This document shows, piece after piece, positions 10,484-18,474 of a DNA stretch of 27,856 nt. The translations under genes were made by a program, and so were the position numbers. The notes under the pieces are model-generated. The model was not told the origin of the DNA, did not search any database, and saw only the letters and a program-made list of their open reading frames with translations. Each line of letters starts with the position of its first letter. Position 1 is the stretch's first letter. Source of the DNA: Candidatus Eiseniibacteriota bacterium (GTDB lineage: Bacteria; Eisenbacteria; RBG-16-71-46; DASYSL01); assembly GCA_046598045.1 (NCBI GenBank), contig JBKJJJ010000146.1, forward strand, positions 1 to 27,856, in the 5' to 3' direction.

Positions 10484-11049
10484 CCGAGCTCGAATCCGCC
10501 CTGCTCGAGGTCGTCGAGTTCCTCGAGCGGCACGACCTGCCCTACATGGTGATCGGCGGACTGGCGAACCTGCAGTGGGGTGAAGCTCGCCTGACCGAGG
10601 ACGTCGATGTCACGTTCCTGGCCGAAGAATCCCGGCTCCCCGACCTGCTTGCCGGAATGGCGGGCCGGTTCGACCCTCGAGCGCCGGAGCCCCTCGAGTT
10701 CGTCCGGCAAACGCATGTCATTCCGATCCGCACCCGGTCCGGTATTCCGATCGACCTGATCTGGGGTGGACTCGATTACGAACGCGAAGCGGTCGCGCGG
10801 GCGGTGAGCCGGCAAGTCCAAGGTCGCGCGGTGCGCTTCTGCACCGCCGAGGACCTGATTCTTCACAAGATCGGGTCCGAGCGGCCGGTGGACCGGACGG
10901 ATGCCGAGCGCCTGATTCGCAGGCAGGGGCACGTGCTCGATCGCGCCTACCTCGATCCGCGAGTTCGCGCGCTTGCGGCGAGCCTGGAGATGCCCGATCT
11001 CGTGAGCTTCTACGAGGAATGCCTGAGACGCGCCGGCGAAGCCCGTTGA
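10480..11049 (+). CDS. Nucleotidyltransferase, MenT1/AbiEii/DUF6036-like putative toxin, 189 aa
   Basis: YMVIGGLA...GEARLTEDVD (Pol-beta-type GG...DxD), IDLI, EDLILHK, RPVDRTD motifs; TTG start coupled to upstream ORF (the ORF-track 10207 start adds a non-protein-like extension). Confidence 0.85.
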   Translation: MTELESALLEVVEFLERHDLPYMVIGGLANLQWGEARLTEDVDVTFLAEESRLPDLLAGMAGRFDPRAPEPLEFVRQTHVIPIRTRSGIPIDLIWGGLDYEREAVARAVSRQVQGRAVRFCTAEDLILHKIGSERPVDRTDAERLIRRQGHVLDRAYLDPRVRALAASLEMPDLVSFYEECLRRAGEAR

Positions 11050-11098
11050 ACCCGCCTTAAATCCAAGTCACAATGCGAGATAGGCCGCCAGAAAGCGA

Positions 11099-11128
11099 TT
11101 GACCCTCGGGCTGCGCCGCCCCTATCCT
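11099..11128 (+). promoter_or_regulatory. Putative sigma70 promoter of the glycan locus
   Basis: TTGACC (11099-11104), 18-nt spacer, TATCCT (11123-11128), in a less GC-rich intergenic gap upstream of gmd. Confidence 0.6.
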
Positions 11129-11196
11129 GCAGGCCTGTCCTGGCTTCCTGAGGCGCCCTCCCGACTTTGGATTCGGTTTCGCGAAAGGACGACCTG

Positions 11197-12171
11197 ATGC
11201 GGCGCGTGCTGGTCACCGGCGTCACCGGCTTCGCCGGAAGCCACCTCGTCGACTACATGCTCGAGCGCGGCGACGCCGAGATCTGGGGCATCCAGCGCTG
11301 GCGGAGCCGCACCGAGAACATCGAGCACTTCCGCGACCGGATCCGGCTCGTCGAGTGCGACCTGCGCGACGCCGAGTCCACGCGCGAGACCCTCGAACAG
11401 ATCCGCCCCGAGTGGATCTTCCATCTCGCCGCGCAGTCGTTCGTGCCGACCTCGTGGAAGGCCCCGACCGAGAGCCTGACCACGAACGTCCTCGGCCAGC
11501 TCCACATCTTCGAGTCGTGCCGCAGGATCGGCATCTCGCCGCGCATCCAGATCGCGTGCTCGAGCGAGGAATACGGGATGGTCTACGAGAACGAGCTCCC
11601 GATCAAGGAGACCAACCCGCTGCGCCCGCTCTCGCCCTACGCGGTGAGCAAGGTCGCGCAGGACCTGCTGGCGTACCAGTACTGGATGTCCTACCAGACC
11701 GACGCCGTGCGCACCCGGGGCTTCAACCACGAGGGCCCGCGGCGCGGCCCGGTGTTCGTGGCCTCGGACTTCGCGAAGCAGATCGCGGACATCGAGCGCG
11801 GCCTCAAGCCCGCGGTGATCCACGTCGGCAACCTCGAGGCCCGGCGCGACTTCACCGACGTGCGCGACATGGTGCGCGCCTACTGGCTCGCGCTCGAGAA
11901 GTGCGAAGCCGGCGAGGTCTACAACATCTGCTCCGGGACGGCGTGGCGCATCAAGGACATGCTCGACCTGCTCCTGACCATGACCAAGGTCAAGATCGAG
12001 GTGCGCGAGGATCCGGCGCGGCTGCGCCCCTCGGACGTGCCGGTGCTGCTCGGCGACTATTCGAAATTTCACGACGCCACGGGGTGGCAGCCCACGATCC
12101 CGTTCGAGCGCACGCTCGCCGACATGCTCGAGTACTGGCGCCGCGCCGAGCCCGCGCGCGTGCCGGTCTGA
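11197..12171 (+). CDS. gmd: GDP-mannose 4,6-dehydratase family extended SDR, 324 aa
   Basis: TGVTGFAGSHL, HLAAQSFV, SSEEYG, SPYAVSK, FNHEGPRRG..FV, GNLEARRDF, RLRPSDV; AAAGGA RBS before ATG 11197. Confidence 0.8.
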   Translation: MRRVLVTGVTGFAGSHLVDYMLERGDAEIWGIQRWRSRTENIEHFRDRIRLVECDLRDAESTRETLEQIRPEWIFHLAAQSFVPTSWKAPTESLTTNVLGQLHIFESCRRIGISPRIQIACSSEEYGMVYENELPIKETNPLRPLSPYAVSKVAQDLLAYQYWMSYQTDAVRTRGFNHEGPRRGPVFVASDFAKQIADIERGLKPAVIHVGNLEARRDFTDVRDMVRAYWLALEKCEAGEVYNICSGTAWRIKDMLDLLLTMTKVKIEVREDPARLRPSDVPVLLGDYSKFHDATGWQPTIPFERTLADMLEYWRRAEPARVPV

Positions 12172-12197
12172 GCCCAGCGGCCGGGCCCGCTCCCGCC

Positions 12198-13181
12198 ATG
12201 AACGTCCTGATCACCGGCGTGGGCGGGTTCGTCGGCCCGCACCTCGCGCACGCGGTGCGCGCCGCCGGCGGTCGCGCCTGGGGCGTCAGCCTCGAGGCCC
12301 TGCCGCCCGCGGCGCTCGAGGGCGACGCGGCGCTCGAGCGCTACGCGCGCTGGGACGTGACCGAGGGCCCGTCAGGCGGCGCCGCCGCGCTCGGATGGGG
12401 CGCGGACGCGATCGTGCACCTCGCCGGGCAGGCCTCGGCGGCGCGCTCGTTCGAGGATCCTGCGGCCACGTTCGCGGCCAATGCGGGCGGCACGCTGGCG
12501 CTGCTCGAGGCCGCGCGCGCCGCGCGCTTCGCGGGCCCGATATTGATCGTGAGCTCGTCCGAAGTGTACGGGCGGTTGCGCGAGGGGCAGCCGGCCCGCG
12601 AGCACGATGTAATCGCGCCGGTCAGCCCGTACGGCGCGAGCAAGGCCGCGGCCGAGGCGCTGGCGCAGGCGTATGCGCGGGGCTACGGCATGCGCGTGAT
12701 CATCGCGCGCTCGTTCATCCACACCGGCCCCGGCCAGGGCCCGGCGTTCGCGCTCGCGTCGTGGGCGCGGCAGGTCGCGGCGGCCGAGGCGCGGCACGCC
12801 CGGGGCGAGGCGGGGCCGTTCAAGCTGGCGGTCGGCAACCTGTCGCCGGTGCGCGACTACTCCGACGTGCGCGACGTGGCGCGGGCCTACCTCGCGCTGC
12901 TCGAGCGCGGGGAAAGCGGCGCCGCCTACAACGTGGCGAGCGGCACAGGGGTCGCGCTGGGCGACGCGCTGCGCATGCTGACCGCGCGCGCGCAGGCGCC
13001 GATCGAGGTGGTGGAGGATCCCGCGCGGCTGCGGCCCGCGGATTTGACCTACGTGGTGGGAGACCCGGCGCGATTGTCCGCGCTCGGGTTCGCGCCGCGC
13101 CACGCGCTCAAGGAGACATTCGAGGCCCTGCTCGACGGCGCTCGCCGCGAGGAGGCCGCCTCGCGGACGGGAGGTTCATGA
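12198..13181 (+). CDS. rmd: GDP-4-keto-6-deoxy-hexose reductase-like (RMD-like) extended SDR, 327 aa
   Basis: TGVGGFVG, HLAGQAS, SSSEVYG, SPYGASK, F.HTGPGQ, GNLSPVRDYSDVRD, RLRPAD; paralog immediately after gmd. Confidence 0.65.
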   Translation: MNVLITGVGGFVGPHLAHAVRAAGGRAWGVSLEALPPAALEGDAALERYARWDVTEGPSGGAAALGWGADAIVHLAGQASAARSFEDPAATFAANAGGTLALLEAARAARFAGPILIVSSSEVYGRLREGQPAREHDVIAPVSPYGASKAAAEALAQAYARGYGMRVIIARSFIHTGPGQGPAFALASWARQVAAAEARHARGEAGPFKLAVGNLSPVRDYSDVRDVARAYLALLERGESGAAYNVASGTGVALGDALRMLTARAQAPIEVVEDPARLRPADLTYVVGDPARLSALGFAPRHALKETFEALLDGARREEAASRTGGS

Positions 13182-14509
13182 TTCGGGTCGCGGTCGTGGG
13201 AACGGGATACGTGGGCCTGGTGACGGGCGCGTGCCTCGCGGATTTCGGCAACGAGGTGCGCTGCGTCGACGTCGACGCGTCGAAGATCGCGCGGCTGTCG
13301 GCGGGGGAGATCCCGTTCTTCGAGCCGGGCCTCGAGGAGCTGGTCGATCGCAACCGGCACGCGAGGCGGATCTCGTTCGACACCGACCTCGCCGCCGCGG
13401 CACGCTGGGCCGACGTGATCTTCATCACCGTGGGCACGCCGCCTTTGAAGGACGGCTCGGCCGACCTGTCGGCGATCTTCGCCGCCGGGGAAACCATTGC
13501 GAAATCCGTGACCGGCTACAAGGTCGTGGTGCAGAAGTCGACCGCACCCGTGGGCACTGCCCGCCGCCTGTGGAAGGCGATGCAGAAGAAGGCCGGCAAG
13601 CGCGCCGTGATCGACGTCACGTCGAATCCCGAGTTCCTGCGCGAGGGCTCGGCGATCGAGACCTCGATGCGCCCGGACCGGATCGTGGTCGGCGCCGAGA
13701 CGCCGCGCGCCGAGAAGCTCATGCGCGAGCTGCACGAGCCGCTCTATCTCCTGGAGACCCCGATCACGGTGACCAATCTCGAGACCGCGGAGCTGATCAA
13801 GTACGCGTCGAACGCGTTCCTCGCGACCAAGATCTCGTTCATCAACGAGGTTGCGAACCTGTGCGAGGTCGTCGGTGCCGACGTGCAGACCGTGGCGAGG
13901 GCGATGGGGCAGGACCGCCGCATCGGGCCGAAGTTCCTGCACGCGGGGCCGGGTTACGGCGGGTCGTGCTTCCCCAAGGACACGCTCGCGCTCGCGAGTT
14001 TTGCGCGCAAGGCCGGCGTGCCGTTCCGCCTGGTCGAGACCGTGGTCGAGGTCAACGCGCGGCAGAAGACCAACATGGTCGCGAAGGCGAAGGCCGCGCT
14101 CGGCTCGCTCAGGGGCAAGCGCGTGGCGATCCTCGGCCTGACGTTCAAGCCCAACACCGACGACATCCGCGAGGCGCCGGCGCTCGACATCATGGCCGGC
14201 TTGCTGCGCGCGGGCGCTTCGGTCACCGCCTACGACCCGATGGGCATGACGCACGTCGGGCGGCTGCCGATCGGCCGCAGGATCGCGTTCGCGGATGACG
14301 CCTACGCGGCGTTCAAGGGCGCCGACTGCGCGATGCTGCTCACCGAGTGGAACGAGTTCCGCACGCTCGACCTGCGCAAGATGAAGCGCGCGCTGCGCCG
14401 CCCGGTGCTGCTCGACTTGCGCAACATCTTCGATGCCGACGAGGCGCGGGCCGCCGGGCTCACCTACGTCGGCGTGGGCCAGGGCACGCTGAAGAAGGGG
14501 ACGCGATGA
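13178..14509 (+). CDS. ugd: UDP-glucose 6-dehydrogenase, 443 aa
   Basis: GTGYVGLV, VGTP, KST.PVG, SNPEFLREG, KYASNAFLATKISFINE, GYGGSCFPKD, FKPNTDDIRE; GGAGG RBS and ATGA overlap. Confidence 0.93.
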   Translation: MIRVAVVGTGYVGLVTGACLADFGNEVRCVDVDASKIARLSAGEIPFFEPGLEELVDRNRHARRISFDTDLAAAARWADVIFITVGTPPLKDGSADLSAIFAAGETIAKSVTGYKVVVQKSTAPVGTARRLWKAMQKKAGKRAVIDVTSNPEFLREGSAIETSMRPDRIVVGAETPRAEKLMRELHEPLYLLETPITVTNLETAELIKYASNAFLATKISFINEVANLCEVVGADVQTVARAMGQDRRIGPKFLHAGPGYGGSCFPKDTLALASFARKAGVPFRLVETVVEVNARQKTNMVAKAKAALGSLRGKRVAILGLTFKPNTDDIREAPALDIMAGLLRAGASVTAYDPMGMTHVGRLPIGRRIAFADDAYAAFKGADCAMLLTEWNEFRTLDLRKMKRALRRPVLLDLRNIFDADEARAAGLTYVGVGQGTLKKGTR

Positions 14510-14967
14510 AGCTCATCCAGGACGTCGTGGTCAAGCCGCTCAAGGTGATCGCCGACGAGCGCGGATACCTGATGGAGATGCTGCGCGTCGACGACCCCTT
14601 TTTCCAGTCATTCGGCCAGGTCTACTGCTCGGTGGCGTATCCCGGCGTGGTCAAGGGGTGGCACTACCACAAGGTCCAGTGGGACCACTTCGTGATCGTC
14701 TCGGGCATGATGAAGGTCGTGCTCTACGACATGCGTGACGGCTCGCCCACCAAGGGCGAGGTCAACGAGTTCTTCATGGGCGAGAAGAACCCGGTGCTGG
14801 TACGGATCCCGCCGGGCGTGGCGCACGGCATGAAGGGCATGGAGCCGATGGGGGGCATGCTGATCAACACGCCGTCCCACCCGTACCACTACACCGAGCC
14901 CGACGAGTTCCGGATCCACCCGCACGAGAACGACATTCCCTACGACTGGAGCCGCAAGGATGGCTGA
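14506..14967 (+). CDS. rmlC: dTDP-4-dehydrorhamnose 3,5-epimerase family cupin (short SpsL-like type), 153 aa
   Basis: DERGYLME, PGVVKGWHYH, D.R.GSPT, IPPGVAHG, IPYDW; ATGA overlap with ugd stop. Confidence 0.85.
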   Translation: MKLIQDVVVKPLKVIADERGYLMEMLRVDDPFFQSFGQVYCSVAYPGVVKGWHYHKVQWDHFVIVSGMMKVVLYDMRDGSPTKGEVNEFFMGEKNPVLVRIPPGVAHGMKGMEPMGGMLINTPSHPYHYTEPDEFRIHPHENDIPYDWSRKDG

Positions 14968-16012
14968 CGCCCTCAACGGCGCGCGCCTCCTGGTCACCGG
15001 GGGCGCGGGCTTCATCGGCTCGAACTTCGCGCGCATGGCGCTGGCACGCTGGCCGGGTGCGCGCGTGCACGTGCTCGACGCGATGACCTACGCGGGCAAC
15101 ATGAAGAACCTCGAGGACATGAGCGATCCGTCACGCCTCACGTTCCAGCACGGTGATATCCGCGACCCCAAGGCCGTCGCCCAGGCGATGGAGGGCGTGA
15201 CGCACGTCGTCAACTTCGCCGCCGAGTCGATGGTCGACCGCTCGATCGACGACCCGGGCTCGTTCGTCCTCACCGACACCTACGGCGTGTTCGTGCTGCT
15301 CGAGGAGGCCAAACGCAGAGGCGTCGCGCGCTTCGTCCAGGTCTCGACCGACGAGGTCTACGGCGAGATCCTCGGAGACCCCGCGACCGAGGAGTCGCCG
15401 CTCGTGCCGCGCAGCCCGTACGCCGCGGCGAAGACCGGCGGCGACCGGCTCGCCTACGCGTATTTCGCGACCTACGACTTCCCGGTCGTGATCACGCGCT
15501 GCTCGAACAACTACGGGCCCTACCAGTACCCGGAGAAGCTGATCCCGCTGTTCGTCACCAACGCGCTCGAGGACGTGCCGCTGCCGGTCTACGGCTCGGG
15601 CAAGAACCTGCGCGACTGGATCCACGTCGACGACCATTGCGCGGCGATCGCGCTGCTGCTCGAGGCGAACGGCGTCGAGGGCGAGACCTTCAACATCGGC
15701 GCCGGCAACGAACTCGACGTGCTGACGATCACCGACACGATCCTCAAGGCCACGGGCAAGCCGGCCTCGCTCATCCGCCACGTCGAGGACCGCCCGGGCC
15801 ACGATCGCCGCTACTCGCTCGACAGCTCGAAGCTGGGCAAGCGCACCGGCTGGAGCGCGCAGATCGACTTCGCGGCCGGCATCGCGCAGACGATCGCGTG
15901 GTACCAGCAGCGCCGCGACTGGTGGGAGCCGATCAAGGCCGGCGAGTTCCGGGCTTACTACGAGAAGATGTACGGCCAGCGGAAGGTGCTGACGACGGGG
16001 ATCCGGTCCTGA
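14960..16012 (+). CDS. rmlB: dTDP-glucose 4,6-dehydratase, 350 aa
   Basis: TGGAGFIGSNF, TYAGN, AAES.VDRSI, VSTDEVYG, SPY...K, CSNNYGPYQYPEKLIP, RDWIHV.DH, DRPGHDRRY. Confidence 0.93.
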   Translation: MADALNGARLLVTGGAGFIGSNFARMALARWPGARVHVLDAMTYAGNMKNLEDMSDPSRLTFQHGDIRDPKAVAQAMEGVTHVVNFAAESMVDRSIDDPGSFVLTDTYGVFVLLEEAKRRGVARFVQVSTDEVYGEILGDPATEESPLVPRSPYAAAKTGGDRLAYAYFATYDFPVVITRCSNNYGPYQYPEKLIPLFVTNALEDVPLPVYGSGKNLRDWIHVDDHCAAIALLLEANGVEGETFNIGAGNELDVLTITDTILKATGKPASLIRHVEDRPGHDRRYSLDSSKLGKRTGWSAQIDFAAGIAQTIAWYQQRRDWWEPIKAGEFRAYYEKMYGQRKVLTTGIRS

Positions 16013-17226
16013 AGCTCGACGGGCAACCCACGGTCCTCCTGATGACGGAGCAGATCGATGTCGGGGGCAAGCGGTCCCACGTCGAGATCCTGCGTGCCGG
16101 CCTCGAGGAAATCGGGTGCCGGGTCGAGCTCATCGACTGGGCCGCGCTGAGCCGCCCCGAGCGCGCCGTCGCCGCGGGGGGGCATCGCATCCTGAACCGG
16201 TTCTCCCCGGGGCTCGGCCATCGCTGGCTGATCCCGGTCTCCAGCTTCCTGCTGCGCGGACGCGTGCGCCGCATCCTCAGGGGTCCTCACCCGCCGGATG
16301 TGATCCACGTGCAGGAGCCCATGACCTATTTTCCGGCGCGCGCTGAAGCCGGCCGAACGCCGGTCGTGATCACGATCCATGGTCCGATCTCGCTCGAACT
16401 TTCGATGAGTTCGGGTCTCGGCCCCGGGCACCCGAATGTCGGCTACATGAGGTGGATGGAACGCGTCGCCTACCAGGGCGCCGACCTCGTGATTTCGGTG
16501 GACCAGCCCCATGCGGAGTACGTCCGCGGCTTCGGACGGCAGGGCGAGGTGCCGGTGATCCCGAACTTCGTCGACACGCGCCGATTTCACCCCGGAGTCG
16601 AGCTCATGAGATTCCCCGACGAGGTCGAGTCCTGGATCGGGGAGCGGAAGGTCGTGCTCTGTCCGCGGCGCCTGGTGCCGAAGAATGGCGTGCACGTCGC
16701 GGTGGAAGCCGCCCGGATCCTCCAGGACCGCGGGGCCCCGGTCGCGATCGTCGTCGCGGGCGACGGCGGTCAGCGCGCGGAGCTGCTCGCGCTCCACGAG
16801 AGGCGGGCGACCGCGCCGACCCTGCGTTTCCTCGGGGAGGTGTCCCAGGACCGGATCCCGGGTTGGTACCGGCGCTCCGACATCGTGATCGTGCCCTCGG
16901 TCCCGAGCCATGGCGTGGAGGAGGCGACGTCGATCTCAGCCCTCGAGGGCCAGGCCTGCGGGCGCCCGGTGATCGCGACGCGGATCGGCGGGCTGCCCGA
17001 GATCATCGCGACCGAAGTCGACGGGCTCCTCGTGCCCCCCGACGACCCTAAGGCGCTCGCGGACGCCATCGTGCGGCTCGTGGAACAGCCCGAGCTTGCG
17101 CAGAGGCTCGGCTCGACCGCGGCGGCGAGGGTCGAACAGGAACGCTCCCACCGCCATGGCGCCGAGCACTACGTCGCGCAATATCGGCGATTGCTCGAGC
17201 GCGCGGCAGTTTCGGCAGGCGCCTGA
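16009..17226 (+). CDS. Glycosyltransferase family 4 (GT-B); start probably CTG 16009, first ATG at 16042
   Basis: TVLLMT...GG..SHV N-terminus, DVIHVQ, TIHG, IPNFVD..RF, RRLVPKNG, VPS...EE.T.ISALEGQACG.PVI.T..GG.PE, DGLLVPP.D. Confidence 0.9.
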   Translation: MKLDGQPTVLLMTEQIDVGGKRSHVEILRAGLEEIGCRVELIDWAALSRPERAVAAGGHRILNRFSPGLGHRWLIPVSSFLLRGRVRRILRGPHPPDVIHVQEPMTYFPARAEAGRTPVVITIHGPISLELSMSSGLGPGHPNVGYMRWMERVAYQGADLVISVDQPHAEYVRGFGRQGEVPVIPNFVDTRRFHPGVELMRFPDEVESWIGERKVVLCPRRLVPKNGVHVAVEAARILQDRGAPVAIVVAGDGGQRAELLALHERRATAPTLRFLGEVSQDRIPGWYRRSDIVIVPSVPSHGVEEATSISALEGQACGRPVIATRIGGLPEIIATEVDGLLVPPDDPKALADAIVRLVEQPELAQRLGSTAAARVEQERSHRHGAEHYVAQYRRLLERAAVSAGA

Positions 17227-18368
17227 TGTCGTCCCCGCCCTTGCGCATCGCCCACCTTATTCCCGTCGTCGGGCGCACGGGCTCCGAGGCTCACATCTCG
17301 GTCCTGTTCCCGGGCCTGCGCGCGATCGGAGTCGAATCGCTCCTGATCTGCCCGGGCCCCGGGCCGCTGACCGAGCACTTGTCCGCGCTCGGCTACGAGA
17401 TTCGCTACGTGGCGCCGCGACAGCGTGCGGGCCTGCTCGGGCTCGGGCGCACCGCCGCGGCGCTCAAGGACGTCGACCTGCTGCACGCGCACGGCCCGCG
17501 CGCGCAATGGTGGTCCGCGCTCCTGCGCAAGTCGGGCGCGGCGCGCCGCGCGGTCGCGACCCTGCACGAGCTCGGGCGCTCCGGCGCGGGCAGCCGCAAT
17601 CCCCGGCACTGGTTCGACGGGATCGAGAGCTGGACCCTGCGCTCGCATGACCGTGTGATCGCGGTCTCGTCGTTCATGCGCGAGCGCGCCATCGCAGAGG
17701 CGGGCATCGCGCCGGACCGCATCGACGTGGTCCTCAATTCCTGTCCGCTGCTGCTCGAGCCCGCGCGCCCCCGCACGGCGCCCGCGGAGCCGCGCGTCGC
17801 TTACACCGCGGCCCGCCTTCAGCCCGAGAAGGGCCTCGACATCCTGATCGAAGCCGTTGGCCTCCTTGCCGCCGAAGGCAAGACCCTGCACGTCCAGATC
17901 GCCGGCGAGGGCGCCGATCGCCCGCAGCTCGAGGCGCTTGCGCGCGCGCGCGGCGTGGCCGACCAGATCGACCTCGTCGGCTGGGTCTCCGATTCTCCCG
18001 AGCGCATGCGCCGCGCTTGGTTCTACATCAACTCTTCGCGCGACGAACCCTGCAGCGTCGCGATCGTCGAGGCGATGGCGCTTGGCATCCCGATCGTGGC
18101 GACCGCGGCCGGCGGAAACCCCGAGCTGTTGGCCGGTACCGCGGTGCCCGTGCTGCCACTGCCCGGCGACGCGCCCGGGCTCGCGCGCGCGCTTGGCGCC
18201 ATGATGGACTCGACCGCGGACGCGCGGGAAGCCCTGAGCGCCGACCTGCAACGAAACGCCTACGCCCGCTTCGCCCCCGGACCCATGGCGGCGGCAACGC
18301 TCTCGGTTTACCGGAGCGCCCTCGGGGGCCCGCACGGCGGGGGCTCCGGCGTTGGAAGTTCGGGTTGA
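17226..18368 (+). CDS. Glycosyltransferase family 4 (GT-B), 380 aa
   Basis: RIAHLI..GSE, LHAHG, VIAVS, ARLQPEKG, AGEGADR, EPCSVAIVEAMALGIP.VAT..GGNPE; TGATG overlap. Confidence 0.9.
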   Translation: MSSPPLRIAHLIPVVGRTGSEAHISVLFPGLRAIGVESLLICPGPGPLTEHLSALGYEIRYVAPRQRAGLLGLGRTAAALKDVDLLHAHGPRAQWWSALLRKSGAARRAVATLHELGRSGAGSRNPRHWFDGIESWTLRSHDRVIAVSSFMRERAIAEAGIAPDRIDVVLNSCPLLLEPARPRTAPAEPRVAYTAARLQPEKGLDILIEAVGLLAAEGKTLHVQIAGEGADRPQLEALARARGVADQIDLVGWVSDSPERMRRAWFYINSSRDEPCSVAIVEAMALGIPIVATAAGGNPELLAGTAVPVLPLPGDAPGLARALGAMMDSTADAREALSADLQRNAYARFAPGPMAAATLSVYRSALGGPHGGGSGVGSSG

Positions 18369-18380
18369 CCGTGCTAGAGT
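18352..18380 (+). promoter_or_regulatory. Putative internal sigma70 promoter for the export genes
   Basis: TTGGAA (18352-18357), 17-nt spacer, TAGAGT (18375-18380) with extended TG at 18372-18373. Confidence 0.45.
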
Positions 18381-18474
18381 TCCGCGAACGCCCTCGTTAC
18401 CACCTGAAATCGTGGAGAATCCAGGGATTGACCTCGACCTCGAGCATGCGCATTCCAACCGGGGCCATCCCAGC

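Noticed and set aside
11050..11196. ops/JUMPstart element, riboswitch or intrinsic terminator before the glycan locus
   Set aside because: No GGCGGTAG-like element and no hairpin followed by a T-run seen
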